A DNA stretch of 56,087 bases from Candidatus Brocadiia bacterium (GCA_046538485.1 JBKHIT010000031.1:1-56087), one strand, 5' to 3'; shown: positions 19,530 to 29,048, numbered from the stretch's first letter. The notes: generated by a model not told the origin, from the sequence alone. Program-made: numbers and translations.

Positions 19530-19650
19530 GTTGTAGGCCTTCAGCCCACAGAAAATGCGAAACGTGATATTACCCCAGGGCGCCGCGACTTTTCAGACCG
19601 CGTTACCCCGGGCTCAATTGTTATCACCCCGTTGGGGCTGAAAGGCCCAT
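19530..19650. repeat. Degenerate REP-type palindromes next to the Y1 transposase remnant
   Basis: ggccttcagccc...ccccagggcgc...cgttaccccgggct...ccccgttggggctgaaaggcc; the outer ggccttcagccc and gggctgaaaggcc are near inverted repeats. Confidence 0.65.
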
Positions 19651-20014
19651 AAGTTAGAGCCACGATGCTATTCCCTGGGGGGGCTGGATCAGCAGAAACG
19701 GATGGAAGATCTGCCTACCGCGCCAACAAAAAGATGGGTGAGAGGGCATTGTGACGCAAATCGGAAAGAATCTAGCGCAAAGAGGGGTTGAGCCGCGGAC
19801 TGCTTGGGTTAGAATACATAATGATAAGTGGTGTCGCAGACGCCTGGTTGCATTCTGATAAGACGTGTGGTGGAGATGCAGATCAGTCCCAGGAAACGGC
19901 CAAACCGACTCAAAAGACACGGGTTGCTTTGAGCCTCTGGCCGAAAGAACGTCCAATTGACCTGCTTTTTACCTGTCCGTCCGATCCTCAGACACGAGGA
20001 AAGGAAAAGAAAGT

Positions 20015-20638
20015 ATGAAGACAGGAGATTTTCGGAAGTGTTGGGTGTCTTTTGTAGTTATGGCGTTTCTGGCACTGGTTTTCTCCCCATCGATGTTTGC
20101 CTCTCCGCCGGATACTGCTCTGGAAAGTGAGCCCCCACTTCCAAGGGCGGCGACCTGGCTCCGAGCGTACGGGCCACAATGGCAGATCAGGAAGATGGAG
20201 GAGGGTCATAAGCTGTTTTTTATGTTCAGCTTTAATAAGAGGAAAAAAGAACCGAACGACGACTGGGAAAACACATATCGGCCCATTTTCGAAAAACTGC
20301 AATATTACGCGGAGTTGAGCAGCGGGTGGTATCACCTTCCTACCAGCATGGACCCCGATAAAGCCGAGCCGAAATCGGACGGGTGGAAATACCGAACAAA
20401 ATTTCCGAAAAATGCCAAATTCCCGGTCTGGGCCCAGGCTCAGGTAATGGGCGAAAAAGGAAGTCGGCGCTGGTTGCTGTTCACGTATGCACCGCTGGAC
20501 GCCAGAAAGGACGTGACGATCACCATCCCGGGCTTCGGACCGGTCACCGTTGATGTGCCTGTGAAGGGTAAATACGTCATCGTCGATGAGAACGAAGGCG
20601 GGATTACGAAGACAATCGACATCCTTGAAATTGAATAA
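20015..20638 (+). CDS. Hypothetical secreted protein
   Basis: 207-aa ORF with RBS and signal-peptide-like N-terminus; no family recognised. Confidence 0.6.
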   Translation: MKTGDFRKCWVSFVVMAFLALVFSPSMFASPPDTALESEPPLPRAATWLRAYGPQWQIRKMEEGHKLFFMFSFNKRKKEPNDDWENTYRPIFEKLQYYAELSSGWYHLPTSMDPDKAEPKSDGWKYRTKFPKNAKFPVWAQAQVMGEKGSRRWLLFTYAPLDARKDVTITIPGFGPVTVDVPVKGKYVIVDENEGGITKTIDILEIE

Positions 20639-20727
20639 TGGACTAAATTAAGCCCGCTGTTTTCACGAGCCGACAGTGCGCCAGTGCGCTCTTCTTCATA
20701 ACGGCGAAAACTGTTGACACGCAGTTT

Positions 20728-23511
20728 TCAACGTTCCCCGGATTTCTCATCTGTGTGGCGCCTGATCTTTGCCCTGGCGCGCAGTCCGTCATGCTCGAAG
20801 GTCAGACCGAAATTGCCATCCCGAAGGTCCTGGATCTGTTCGGGCAGGCCGGGGCCGGGTTTTGGTTGGGCCGGGTGACCGTAAACGGTCGACTCCATGG
20901 TCTGGTGTTTTTTATTCCAGACATATTCCCCACCGCCGGGGCAGACCAGACGGGTATGCCAGAGTTTCTGGTGCATTTCGACAGGGTCTTGTTTCGGGAA
21001 AAGACGTTTCCATTCGTTGAGAATTATGAGGTTGCCCCACGAACGGTTCTGCATTATTTTCCGGTAAGAATTCATCTCGAGTGATTCGGCCAGGCTCAGC
21101 ATCTGAGAATCGACTTTCAGACACAGGTTTCGTCCCAGCCAGGGTGTTTCTGTGGTCGGTTGGTTTGTGGTCCCTTTGGCCTTTTCTTTTCGTTGATTCT
21201 GCCGATTAAGCGATTCCTTGAGCAATGTTTCGTTCAGCGTGAGGATCAGGGCTGACCCCGACGGCGCATAATACACCGCAAAATCGTCGGGTGCGTCCTC
21301 GGGCATTTCATTTTTCGCCTGCTGAGAGGGACGAACGCGCACATAACTTCGGTCTTTATGTTTCCGTGTCTCCCAGATCGTCATTCCGGGGGCACTTTGC
21401 TGGATGAAACCCTTGATTGAAGCGAGGAAGGTCGTGAGTTTCATCGAACTGCTGACCCCGACGCGGAGCACGATGGGGAGCCGGTCGAAATTCTGCTCAA
21501 AGAAATCCTCCGGATCCCCGCTCTCTTCCAGCTCTTTCCAGAACTCCGTTTTCTCCGCATATACCGACAACGTCTGTCCGAGCCAGGAAAGGGGCGAGGT
21601 GCCGAACTGAGGACTTTGGAGGGGGCCAAATCCGCCGATTTGCTTTATGGTGTCCGAGTTTTTGTCGATGGACATCGCGAAATGGACAAGGGTGCCTTTA
21701 TGAGGATCCGCCGTGTCAGCGACGATTTTTGCTCCCTGCGTCAGGTCGATAAAGTTCCTGTATTCGCTCCCTTCGATCAGAGGCATGACCGTGACATCGG
21801 CCCCGATTACGTCCGGTTTGACGGTAAAACGGACCGCGATTGGGTCGAAAAACTGCCGGAAATTTCTCTGGTATCCTTCCCGCCAGCGTCGGTAAGATTC
21901 CGCTTCGGACTTCGTTGCTTTATCGATTTCTAGTTCTACGATAGGAGTGAGAAACTCAAGGGTGCCGTATCGCATGGAACGCACGCCGTTCGGTTCGAGC
22001 CTGATTTCACCCGGTTCCGGGACCGGTGTCTTCTCCACGGCCAGGACCTTTCCGGGGGCGTTGGCCGTTACTTTTTCCAGATGTTGCGCCTGCAGATCTG
22101 ATAAGAGCGCTGCGAAGCGTGTCCGTCGCGAGGCGCCGATTCGCCATTTCGGGCCGCACCAGCGGCGAATGGTGGCATCCGTGACGATCAAAAAGCCCGT
22201 TTCGTCGTCGGAACCGCGTTCGTAGCGGGACCGGAAGAACGTGTACTCCGGCAGGGCGCTCAGAGGTTTTCTCTCTCCCAGAGACGTCTCCACGATGCGC
22301 CGCAGTTGGGCGGGGGAGTTGGTAACGACGACCTGGTTCCGTATGACCGCGAGAAAGGAGCAGACGGAACGGTCGGCCGACCGGACCCCGGTAGCCTGGA
22401 TTTTGCCGAAAGGTTTTTTGAAAGTTTTCACACGGGGGTCGTTTTGCGAAGCGGTTTTCTGCCGGCCGCGGATGGTTTTGTAGAGCGCCTCCGGGCTGGG
22501 GGTCTCGAACAGGACGGCGACATCGGCTCCCGTGCGCAGGTAGGGGTCGGCGCCGGTGAAAGCAACGCTTTTCACGAGCTGCGGGCCCATCATTCTGCTC
22601 AGCATGTCGGTCTTCAGGCAGAGCTGTTTTTCATAGCGCTGGCGGGTGCGGGCGTTTTCGGATCGAGGTTGGAGCAGTCTCAGGACGGGGGTCCCTTTTT
22701 CCGCCGCCTCGTCCATCAACGTGAGCATGTTTGAGAACGTCGAGAAAAACAGGGCGTGCTGGTCGGCGGGTATGAGAGCTGCCAGAGGATCTTTTTTCGG
22801 CTTCAGTCCTTCAACAAGCGGCTCCCATTCCATCTCCGCGACGCTGATACCTTCCAGATTGCCAATATCAACGGAAGGATCTTCCGATTCTCGGGCGAGA
22901 CGCAGGAATTCATCGAGCTGCAAATTCTCGCTCATAGCGCGTCCCCCGGTGAAGACTGCATAGGTGTCGCGCATCCCGGTCGCTGCCCGGCGGGCCCTCC
23001 TGGACCGGCGAAGATCGTCCCGTCTTCCAGGGCCGCTGTTTTTGCGCGCGGTATTTGTCTGGTGTCGGAACCAGGCGGCGCCGGGAATGTCCGCACCGAG
23101 CAAATCGTCATAATGCTGCGCTTTGAGTCTGTAGAAGGCCTTCTCGGGATCCTCAGCGATTTGGACATCGGCGGGGACCTCGAACTTCACTACCGATGAG
23201 CTGTCTTCACCTCGGCCGGGGGGGAAATGGATTGTTCCCGAAACCGGCAGTTTGGCGGCCGTGCGGAGGGCCAGGGCGCCACGGTCGCGGAAGTTCCTGT
23301 GCATCCGCAGGTAGATTTCCCCGGGAGCATCGATTAAGGCGCGGATCTGGTGTCTGTTTCTGCGGAAGGTGCGCCAACCTATTCTTTCTGGAAGCTGCCC
23401 TTCGGTGATTTTGAGTTTTTCGGCGGGCACGATGTAATATTTATCTTCCGCCGCCTGCAGAACCAGGGTGAAGACCATCAGGGTCGCTACCAGTTTTGCC
23501 ACTTTGCGCAT
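20728..23511 (-). CDS. Large secreted hypothetical protein (~927 aa)
   Basis: Start reassigned to MRKVAKLVATLMVFTLVLQA (RBS ggagga, signal peptide); the longer N-terminal ORF extension runs through an intergenic repeat. Confidence 0.75.
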   Translation of the reverse strand: MRKVAKLVATLMVFTLVLQAAEDKYYIVPAEKLKITEGQLPERIGWRTFRRNRHQIRALIDAPGEIYLRMHRNFRDRGALALRTAAKLPVSGTIHFPPGRGEDSSSVVKFEVPADVQIAEDPEKAFYRLKAQHYDDLLGADIPGAAWFRHQTNTARKNSGPGRRDDLRRSRRARRAATGMRDTYAVFTGGRAMSENLQLDEFLRLARESEDPSVDIGNLEGISVAEMEWEPLVEGLKPKKDPLAALIPADQHALFFSTFSNMLTLMDEAAEKGTPVLRLLQPRSENARTRQRYEKQLCLKTDMLSRMMGPQLVKSVAFTGADPYLRTGADVAVLFETPSPEALYKTIRGRQKTASQNDPRVKTFKKPFGKIQATGVRSADRSVCSFLAVIRNQVVVTNSPAQLRRIVETSLGERKPLSALPEYTFFRSRYERGSDDETGFLIVTDATIRRWCGPKWRIGASRRTRFAALLSDLQAQHLEKVTANAPGKVLAVEKTPVPEPGEIRLEPNGVRSMRYGTLEFLTPIVELEIDKATKSEAESYRRWREGYQRNFRQFFDPIAVRFTVKPDVIGADVTVMPLIEGSEYRNFIDLTQGAKIVADTADPHKGTLVHFAMSIDKNSDTIKQIGGFGPLQSPQFGTSPLSWLGQTLSVYAEKTEFWKELEESGDPEDFFEQNFDRLPIVLRVGVSSSMKLTTFLASIKGFIQQSAPGMTIWETRKHKDRSYVRVRPSQQAKNEMPEDAPDDFAVYYAPSGSALILTLNETLLKESLNRQNQRKEKAKGTTNQPTTETPWLGRNLCLKVDSQMLSLAESLEMNSYRKIMQNRSWGNLIILNEWKRLFPKQDPVEMHQKLWHTRLVCPGGGEYVWNKKHQTMESTVYGHPAQPKPGPGLPEQIQDLRDGNFGLTFEHDGLRARAKIRRHTDEKSGER

Positions 23512-23607
23512 AGTTTTTTCTCCTCCAGGGAAATCTAACCCGTCCGTGCAACAAGCCTTGAAGCATACCGGTTCAGAGGGGGGAAAACAAACTTTATGCA
23601 AACCAAG

Positions 23608-23863
23608 GAATTTGCGCTGTGGGTCATTTCCCTGTTTGATAACGCTGGACTGGCTTGAGATCGCCGCCGACTCCCGAACAGAGCCGGGCGCAAATTCCTC
23701 AAGTTTCCGTTCGGAAAACTCTTTGAAGATTCTTGTAATATAAACCTCATGTCTGGTGTCAATCATTCTGTAAACCTGCAACCCCGCTTCTCGACCGCAT
23801 ATCCTGCAGCCTCGAGTTCAGCTGAGTCCGCTCAGGCGGACGAAGGGGGGACTTGAGGCGGGC
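23608..23863. repeat. ~225-bp dispersed repeat (family D), copy 1, ending in the family C motif
   Basis: 23608-23832 aligns with 44114-44338; 23811-23863 is an inverted match to 2919-2972. Confidence 0.85.
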
Positions 23864-24037
23864 GAACGCTGAATCCGATAGTGTGGAAAACCGGTTCTTG
23901 AGGCTAAACCAGCTTCTCAACGGCTCTCAGAGCCGGATCTTGGGGTAAAAACTTTTCCCTGGCTATGCTAACTCGCGACTGTGGCAGTATTTCTGATCAA
24001 CGCAAATGGCTCAAACCCGCTTAAGCCCCATGGGCGG

Positions 24038-25540
24038 TCAGTCATCTTCCGCGAGCCAGGCTTCGATCCTGGCTTCATCATCATCGGTCCAGGGCATGAT
24101 GTCTTCGATGCAGAGGCGGTCGTATCCGCTGTAGATTTTCGCCATCATGTCCCGGTAGGTGCTGGCTTTCAGCTGCTGTTCGCGCCACTGCCGGAAACTT
24201 TCCCGGTCATACTGCCGCGTGCGGGAGTGGATCATGTCGGGATCGAAGTTTTCCGTAAGGATTGTGTCCAGCTCATTAACGATGTTGGGATTCTCAGCAG
24301 CGACGTTTTGCGTTTCCCATGGATCGTTCTCAAGGTTGAAAAGCTGAGGTTCGTAGCCGACGTATTTGATGTACTTCCAGGGGCCTCTGCGGAGCATGTA
24401 CATCCCCGTGCAACAGCGGTCGCCGTTGTACTCGCTGAACACCCAGTCGCGACGGTCGGATGTTCCTCCCGTGAGGAGCGAGATCAAAGACTGTCCGTCC
24501 AGAGAGTCGGCAAAACTGCCCCCGCGGGTAACGTCTCCGTATTCGAGCCCCGCCATGTCCAGGAAGGTGGGGTAAAGATCGATCAGGGAAACCGGTGTCT
24601 CTATTTCACTGCCCGAGCAGACATCCGGTCCGGTCACGATGAGTGGTTCGTGGACGGACGATTCATACATGGTGCGTTTGAGGACCTGGTTTTGTTCCCC
24701 CGCCATTTCCCCGTGATCGCTGGAGAAGATCACATAGGTTGAATCGTTGAGACCCAGATCTCCAAGCGTCTGAAGCACTCGTCCGACCATGTCATCGAGC
24801 GCGGCGATCATAGCGAAATAAATGTGGCGCATTTCGCGGACGAGCGCTTCAGAGAATTTTCGGTCGCAGTTTTTGGTGATCCGCTGATATAGATCGACGG
24901 GATGGTCGGATTCTTTGACATCTTCCAACCCGGGTGGGATCTCGATCTTATCGGCGTCGATACGGTCCATGTGTTTTTTGAGCGCATTGAACGCGGGGTG
25001 GACAAGACCGGTGGTCAGGTAGAGCATGAAGGGGCGGTCGGAATCGGCCGATTCTCGCAGCCAGTCGATGGCGCGGTAGGTGTTCTGCCAGTCCCAGCCG
25101 TTGAGATCTTCATCTTCCATGACCTGTGGCATGGGAGTGCGCGAGATGGGGCGGTGGATACGGGCTGTGCGAGTCCAGGAGCCCACGCGATCGCGGATGG
25201 AGTGTTTGCCATAGGTGTAATCAAGGGGTCCGAACGTCGCCGTCCGGTATCCGGCGTTTTCGAATGCCGTGCGGAACGTCGGCACGTCCTTGCGAATCCC
25301 CTCGTGGTTATTCCAGCAGTCATAGTGGTGAGGGTACTTGCCGGTCCACATGCTGGCCCGCGAGGGGTTGCAGACGGGGCAGTTGCTGTAGGCGTTGGTG
25401 AAGAGCGTGCCGCGACGCGCGAGCGAATCGAGGTTGGGGGTGGCGTTGCGGATGGGGGCGTGGCCCATGCAACCCATTTTACGCCCGTCCATGCTCTCGG
25501 CGTGGATGAAGACAATGTTCGGGGAGTCTTGTGAACCCAT
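24038..25540 (-). CDS. S1 sulfatase, arylsulfatase K (ARSK)-like
   Basis: CNPSRASMWTG, SDHGE; LDYTYGKHSIRDRVGSWTR, DWQNT, HPVD..TKNC blocks resemble ARSK. Confidence 0.9.
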   Translation of the reverse strand: MGSQDSPNIVFIHAESMDGRKMGCMGHAPIRNATPNLDSLARRGTLFTNAYSNCPVCNPSRASMWTGKYPHHYDCWNNHEGIRKDVPTFRTAFENAGYRTATFGPLDYTYGKHSIRDRVGSWTRTARIHRPISRTPMPQVMEDEDLNGWDWQNTYRAIDWLRESADSDRPFMLYLTTGLVHPAFNALKKHMDRIDADKIEIPPGLEDVKESDHPVDLYQRITKNCDRKFSEALVREMRHIYFAMIAALDDMVGRVLQTLGDLGLNDSTYVIFSSDHGEMAGEQNQVLKRTMYESSVHEPLIVTGPDVCSGSEIETPVSLIDLYPTFLDMAGLEYGDVTRGGSFADSLDGQSLISLLTGGTSDRRDWVFSEYNGDRCCTGMYMLRRGPWKYIKYVGYEPQLFNLENDPWETQNVAAENPNIVNELDTILTENFDPDMIHSRTRQYDRESFRQWREQQLKASTYRDMMAKIYSGYDRLCIEDIMPWTDDDEARIEAWLAEDD

Positions 25541-25616
25541 CTCTGGATCTCCATAATTTTGGTTGGCAAGGACGTGAGAGGATAGCGGGGCGGGGGAGTT
25601 GTTTCAATCGTAAAGG

Positions 25617-25712
25617 CAAGGGACTTAAGGGACGGAAGGGACACTTGCAAAGTAACAGTATTCTGTTTAAAAAGATATGTCTCTTGAGTCCCTTGCGTCT
25701 CTTTGGTCCCTT
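25617..25712. repeat. 9-bp-array element copy 3 (forward array, AT-rich core, inverted array)
   Basis: aagggactt aagggacgg aagggacac ttgcaaagtaaca... agtccctt gcgtctctt tggtccctt. Confidence 0.85.
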
Positions 25713-25734
25713 CTGGGTTTTCCGGGTATTTCGC

Positions 25735-26313
25735 ATGGCAGACAGCTTTATCCCACCACATGGCGGCTACCGCAAGTTGCTTTCCTACGAGAAGGCGACA
25801 ATTGTTTATGATGCCACGGTATATTTCTGTGATCGCTTTTTGAGCAAGAAGGACCGGACTTATGACCAGATGATCCAGGCGGCCCGATCTGGCAAACAGA
25901 ATATCGTCGAGGGGAGTCAAGCCTCTGGCACCTCGAAGTCAACCGAACTAAAACTTACAGGGGTAGCACGGGCCAGCTTGGCGGAACTTCTTGCCGACTA
26001 CCGTGACTTCCTTCGGAAGTGGGATATAGAAGAATGGCCCCGGGAGCACCCGTATGCGCAACGTCTGAGCGAACTGAGCCGCCAGCGACCAGCGACCTAT
26101 GAAACGTTTCGCAAAGGGATTGAGCATCCCGACCGTGCGATATGCATTAATGTCATTATCGGGCTGATCAAACTGACTAACTTTCTTTTGGACAAGCAGA
26201 TAGAACGGCTCGAACGCGATTTTGTTGAAAAAGGCGGTGTGCGCGAACGTATGTTCCGCGTCCGAGTGAATAAGCGTGATAGAGAACGGAACGATTCAGA
26301 ATCCCATTATTGA
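25735..26313 (+). CDS. Four helix bundle protein (23S rRNA-IVS/Avd-like fold) with suffix domain
   Basis: GGYRKLLSY, DQMIQAARSGKQNIVEG, VARASLAELLADYRDFL, LERDFVEKGGVRERM; real start ATG 25735. Confidence 0.9.
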   Translation: MADSFIPPHGGYRKLLSYEKATIVYDATVYFCDRFLSKKDRTYDQMIQAARSGKQNIVEGSQASGTSKSTELKLTGVARASLAELLADYRDFLRKWDIEEWPREHPYAQRLSELSRQRPATYETFRKGIEHPDRAICINVIIGLIKLTNFLLDKQIERLERDFVEKGGVRERMFRVRVNKRDRERNDSESHY

Positions 26314-26315
26314 CC

Positions 26316-26342
26316 GGCCCCTTCCGTCCCTTAAGTCCCTTC
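26316..26342. repeat. 9-bp array immediately after the four-helix-bundle stop
   Basis: ggccccttc cgtccctta agtcccttc. Confidence 0.8.
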
Positions 26343-26514
26343 ACCCCGATTTGACAACCACAGGGAGTGTCTCGCTAAAATAAGTCCGTCAGAAACAACA
26401 CACACTTCTCCGGAAGTTACGTTTCCGGGAGCCGTTGTTACACGCTGTTTCTGCCTGCGGCGACCGATATCCGGCTCCGGGGTCGCTTCAGGCCTTTTCT
26501 GAGGATTACTGATC

Positions 26515-28494
26515 ATGGGAACAGTATTGATTGCTGTGGGTGCATTCGTATTCTATCTGATCGCCTATCATACGTACGGCCGCTGGCTGGCACGGAGTCT
26601 TTTTGGGCTCAGCGACGATACCACCACCCCGGCCCACGAGCTGGAGGACGGTGTGGATTTCGTTCCCTCGCGGAAAGAAGTGGTTTTCGGTCACCACTTC
26701 ACCTCGATATCAGGGACCGGCCCGATTGTCGGCCCGGCGATCGCTGTGATCTGGGGATGGTTGCCGGCACTTATCTGGGTTCTGGTGGGATCGGTGGTAA
26801 TGGGGGCGGTGCATGATTTCGGGGCCGTTGTGATGAGCCTGAGAAACCGTGGGGTCTCGATCGCTGACCTCACCGGTGAGGTAATTTGCCGCCGGGCGAA
26901 AACCCTCCTGCTGACTGTTGTGTTCTTTGAACTGCTGATCGTGGTGGCTATCTTTGTGCTCGTGATCGCGAGCGTCTTTGCGATGTATCCCCAGTCAGTT
27001 ATCCCGGTCTGGTGCGAGATCCCGATCGCGATTGTTCTGGGGGTTGTTATCGGGCGGGCAAAAAGCAGCAAGACCATCTGGGTTGCGTCGATCGCGGCAG
27101 TCGGCCTGATGTATGTGACCGTCTGGATCGGTTACCAATACCACATCAGCATGCCGGCGCTCCTGGGTTTCCCTCCGACGTTTGTCTGGGCGATTATCCT
27201 GTTTGTTTACGCCTTTCTGGCCTCGGTATTGCCGGTTCAGAGGTTGTTGCAACCACGGGATTTCATCAACAGCCACCAGCTGTTCATTGCGATGGGACTT
27301 TTGTTTATCGGTGTACTTGTGGCACATCCGACCATAGCGGCCCCGGCCACGCGGCAGAGCGTGGAGAACGCACCGGCATTTATCCCGTTTCTGTTCATCA
27401 CGGTGGCGTGTGGCGCGATCAGCGGGTTCCACGCGCTGGTGGGATCCGGCACGAGTTCCAAGCAGATCTCCGCCGAGAGCCACGCCCAGCTGATCGGTTA
27501 CGGTTCGATGCTGACCGAAGGGATGCTGGCGGTGCTTGTTATTCTGGCGGCCGGAGCCGGCCTGGCAATATCATACAATGACAGTATCACGCTGAAACCG
27601 ACCGACGTGACAAAAATTGAGGATGAAGCCAGGCAAACAGAAGTTGTGGGGTGGGCGGATTCCCTGGCCAGCGGCGAATCGATCCCGTCAATGCCTTCAC
27701 AAAAAGAATTGAAACAGAGCCTTCCAGAGGATGCGGCTGGTGTTGTCGGCACGCTTGGAACCCTGCGCGAGTTCCGTCAGATGAATGGCGAAAAACCTCT
27801 TGAGCGTGTGGATTCAGACGAGTTGGGACGGAACTACGCTGTGAAGCTTGACGGGGAAAGCGCCTGGAAATGGCATTATCGGAAATGGGATGCCGCCAGC
27901 GGGTTGGGCCCGAAACTCAAAGCCTTTGTCGATGGGGCGGCCAACCTGATGGGAAGTTTCGGAATACCCGTTGGCCTGGGAGTGGCCATAATGGGTGTCT
28001 TTGTGGCGAGTTTCGCCGGGACAACGCTCGATACGGCTACCCGTCTGCAGCGTTATATCATTGCGGAGGCCGGTGAGACTGTTAAGGTCTCTGTTTTGAA
28101 GAACCGTTACGTGGCGACGGCGTTCGTTGTGGTAACGGCGGGGGCACTTGCATTGTGGGATGGAAAAGGCGCCGGTGCACTGGTGCTCTGGCCCCTGTTC
28201 GGGGCCCTCAACCAGCTGCTGGCATCTCTGGCGCTTCTGATTCTGGCGGTGTATCTGTATCGACGGGGCAAACCGACCTGGATGGTTACGCTGCCCCTGG
28301 TTTTCATGCTGGTCATGACCGGATGGGCGATGGTGCTGAATATCTTAAAGTTCCAGGGTGAGTCCGCATGGCATCTGCTGATCATAAGCGGGATCGTGCT
28401 GGTGCTGCAGGTCTGGCTGACCGTTGAGGCCGCGATTATCTGGTTCAAGGTGCGCAAACAGCGTCAGGAGGGCTCCGTGGAGAAGGGCGGTTAA
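26515..28494 (+). CDS. cstA: Carbon starvation protein A family transporter
   Basis: TPAHELEDGVDFVP, FGHHFTSISGTGPIVGP, ACGAISGFHAL, TTLDTATRLQRY; many TM helices. Confidence 0.95.
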   Translation: MGTVLIAVGAFVFYLIAYHTYGRWLARSLFGLSDDTTTPAHELEDGVDFVPSRKEVVFGHHFTSISGTGPIVGPAIAVIWGWLPALIWVLVGSVVMGAVHDFGAVVMSLRNRGVSIADLTGEVICRRAKTLLLTVVFFELLIVVAIFVLVIASVFAMYPQSVIPVWCEIPIAIVLGVVIGRAKSSKTIWVASIAAVGLMYVTVWIGYQYHISMPALLGFPPTFVWAIILFVYAFLASVLPVQRLLQPRDFINSHQLFIAMGLLFIGVLVAHPTIAAPATRQSVENAPAFIPFLFITVACGAISGFHALVGSGTSSKQISAESHAQLIGYGSMLTEGMLAVLVILAAGAGLAISYNDSITLKPTDVTKIEDEARQTEVVGWADSLASGESIPSMPSQKELKQSLPEDAAGVVGTLGTLREFRQMNGEKPLERVDSDELGRNYAVKLDGESAWKWHYRKWDAASGLGPKLKAFVDGAANLMGSFGIPVGLGVAIMGVFVASFAGTTLDTATRLQRYIIAEAGETVKVSVLKNRYVATAFVVVTAGALALWDGKGAGALVLWPLFGALNQLLASLALLILAVYLYRRGKPTWMVTLPLVFMLVMTGWAMVLNILKFQGESAWHLLIISGIVLVLQVWLTVEAAIIWFKVRKQRQEGSVEKGG

Positions 28495-28559
28495 AAGATC
28501 GGGTGAGAGGGATTCTTTCACAACTCACCATTATGTTGTTGACCCGTAGAGGTGCCTTC

Positions 28560-28586
28560 GGCCGCTTCCGTCCCCTGGGTCCCTTT
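28560..28586. repeat. Degenerate 9-bp array downstream of cstA
   Basis: ggccgcttc cgtcccctg ggtcccttt. Confidence 0.55.
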
Positions 28587-28603
28587 TTCCTGTAATGACG
28601 TTT

Positions 28604-28752
28604 CACTGCAGCCTCGGGCTTCGAGTCTTTGGCCCGTTCAGTATGACAGGCATCTGCCTGGTATGTGCTTGGTATGTGCGTTTAGCATGCGTCACCGTCT
28701 CCCCCCTTCAGGCTCAGAGGCCCGGCGGCGCACTCAGCTGAACTCGAGTCTC
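28604..28752. repeat. Intergenic repeat family C, copy of 2789-2976
   Basis: ttggcccgttcagtatgacaggcatctgcctgg and ctcagctgaactcgagtctc. Confidence 0.75.
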
Positions 28753-28967
28753 CATAACCATTTGCTTCATCGCGGACGGCGGAAAGCTCGCAGGCAATGC
28801 CTGCGCTACTGTAACGGCATCACTTTGCGTTTCATGTTGCTTTTCCACCTTCCGGAGGTAGAATGCCGGCCGACGATCGAGGGGCGGAAGGCATATTATT
28901 ACTCAAATAAGCGGCCTATCTATATTTGGAATTTATTAGAAATCGGCCCTTCCAGCGGAAAATGCCC

Positions 28968-28995
28968 TTGACGGCTGCAGTAAAGACGGTATAAT
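28968..28995 (+). promoter_or_regulatory. Sigma70-type promoter of the regulator/prepilin cluster
   Basis: TTGACG-N16-TATAAT, about 50 bp before ATG 29049. Confidence 0.7.
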
Positions 28996-29048
28996 GATCG
29001 CGAATGCTTTGTAGAAAACTTGCCCGAATATGGCCAGTGGGAGGAAAA

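Noticed and set aside
23512..23781. N-terminal extension of the 1017-aa ORF
   Set aside because: It runs through repeat family D; RBS and signal peptide are at 23511
25531..25734. 68-aa N-terminal extension of the four-helix-bundle ORF
   Set aside because: It is translated 9-mer repeat DNA (KGLKGRKG); family similarity starts at ATG 25735
19729..28513. Short shared sequence aaaagat(c)gggtgagaggg at 19729 and 28493
   Set aside because: About 20 bp and two copies; too little to call an element
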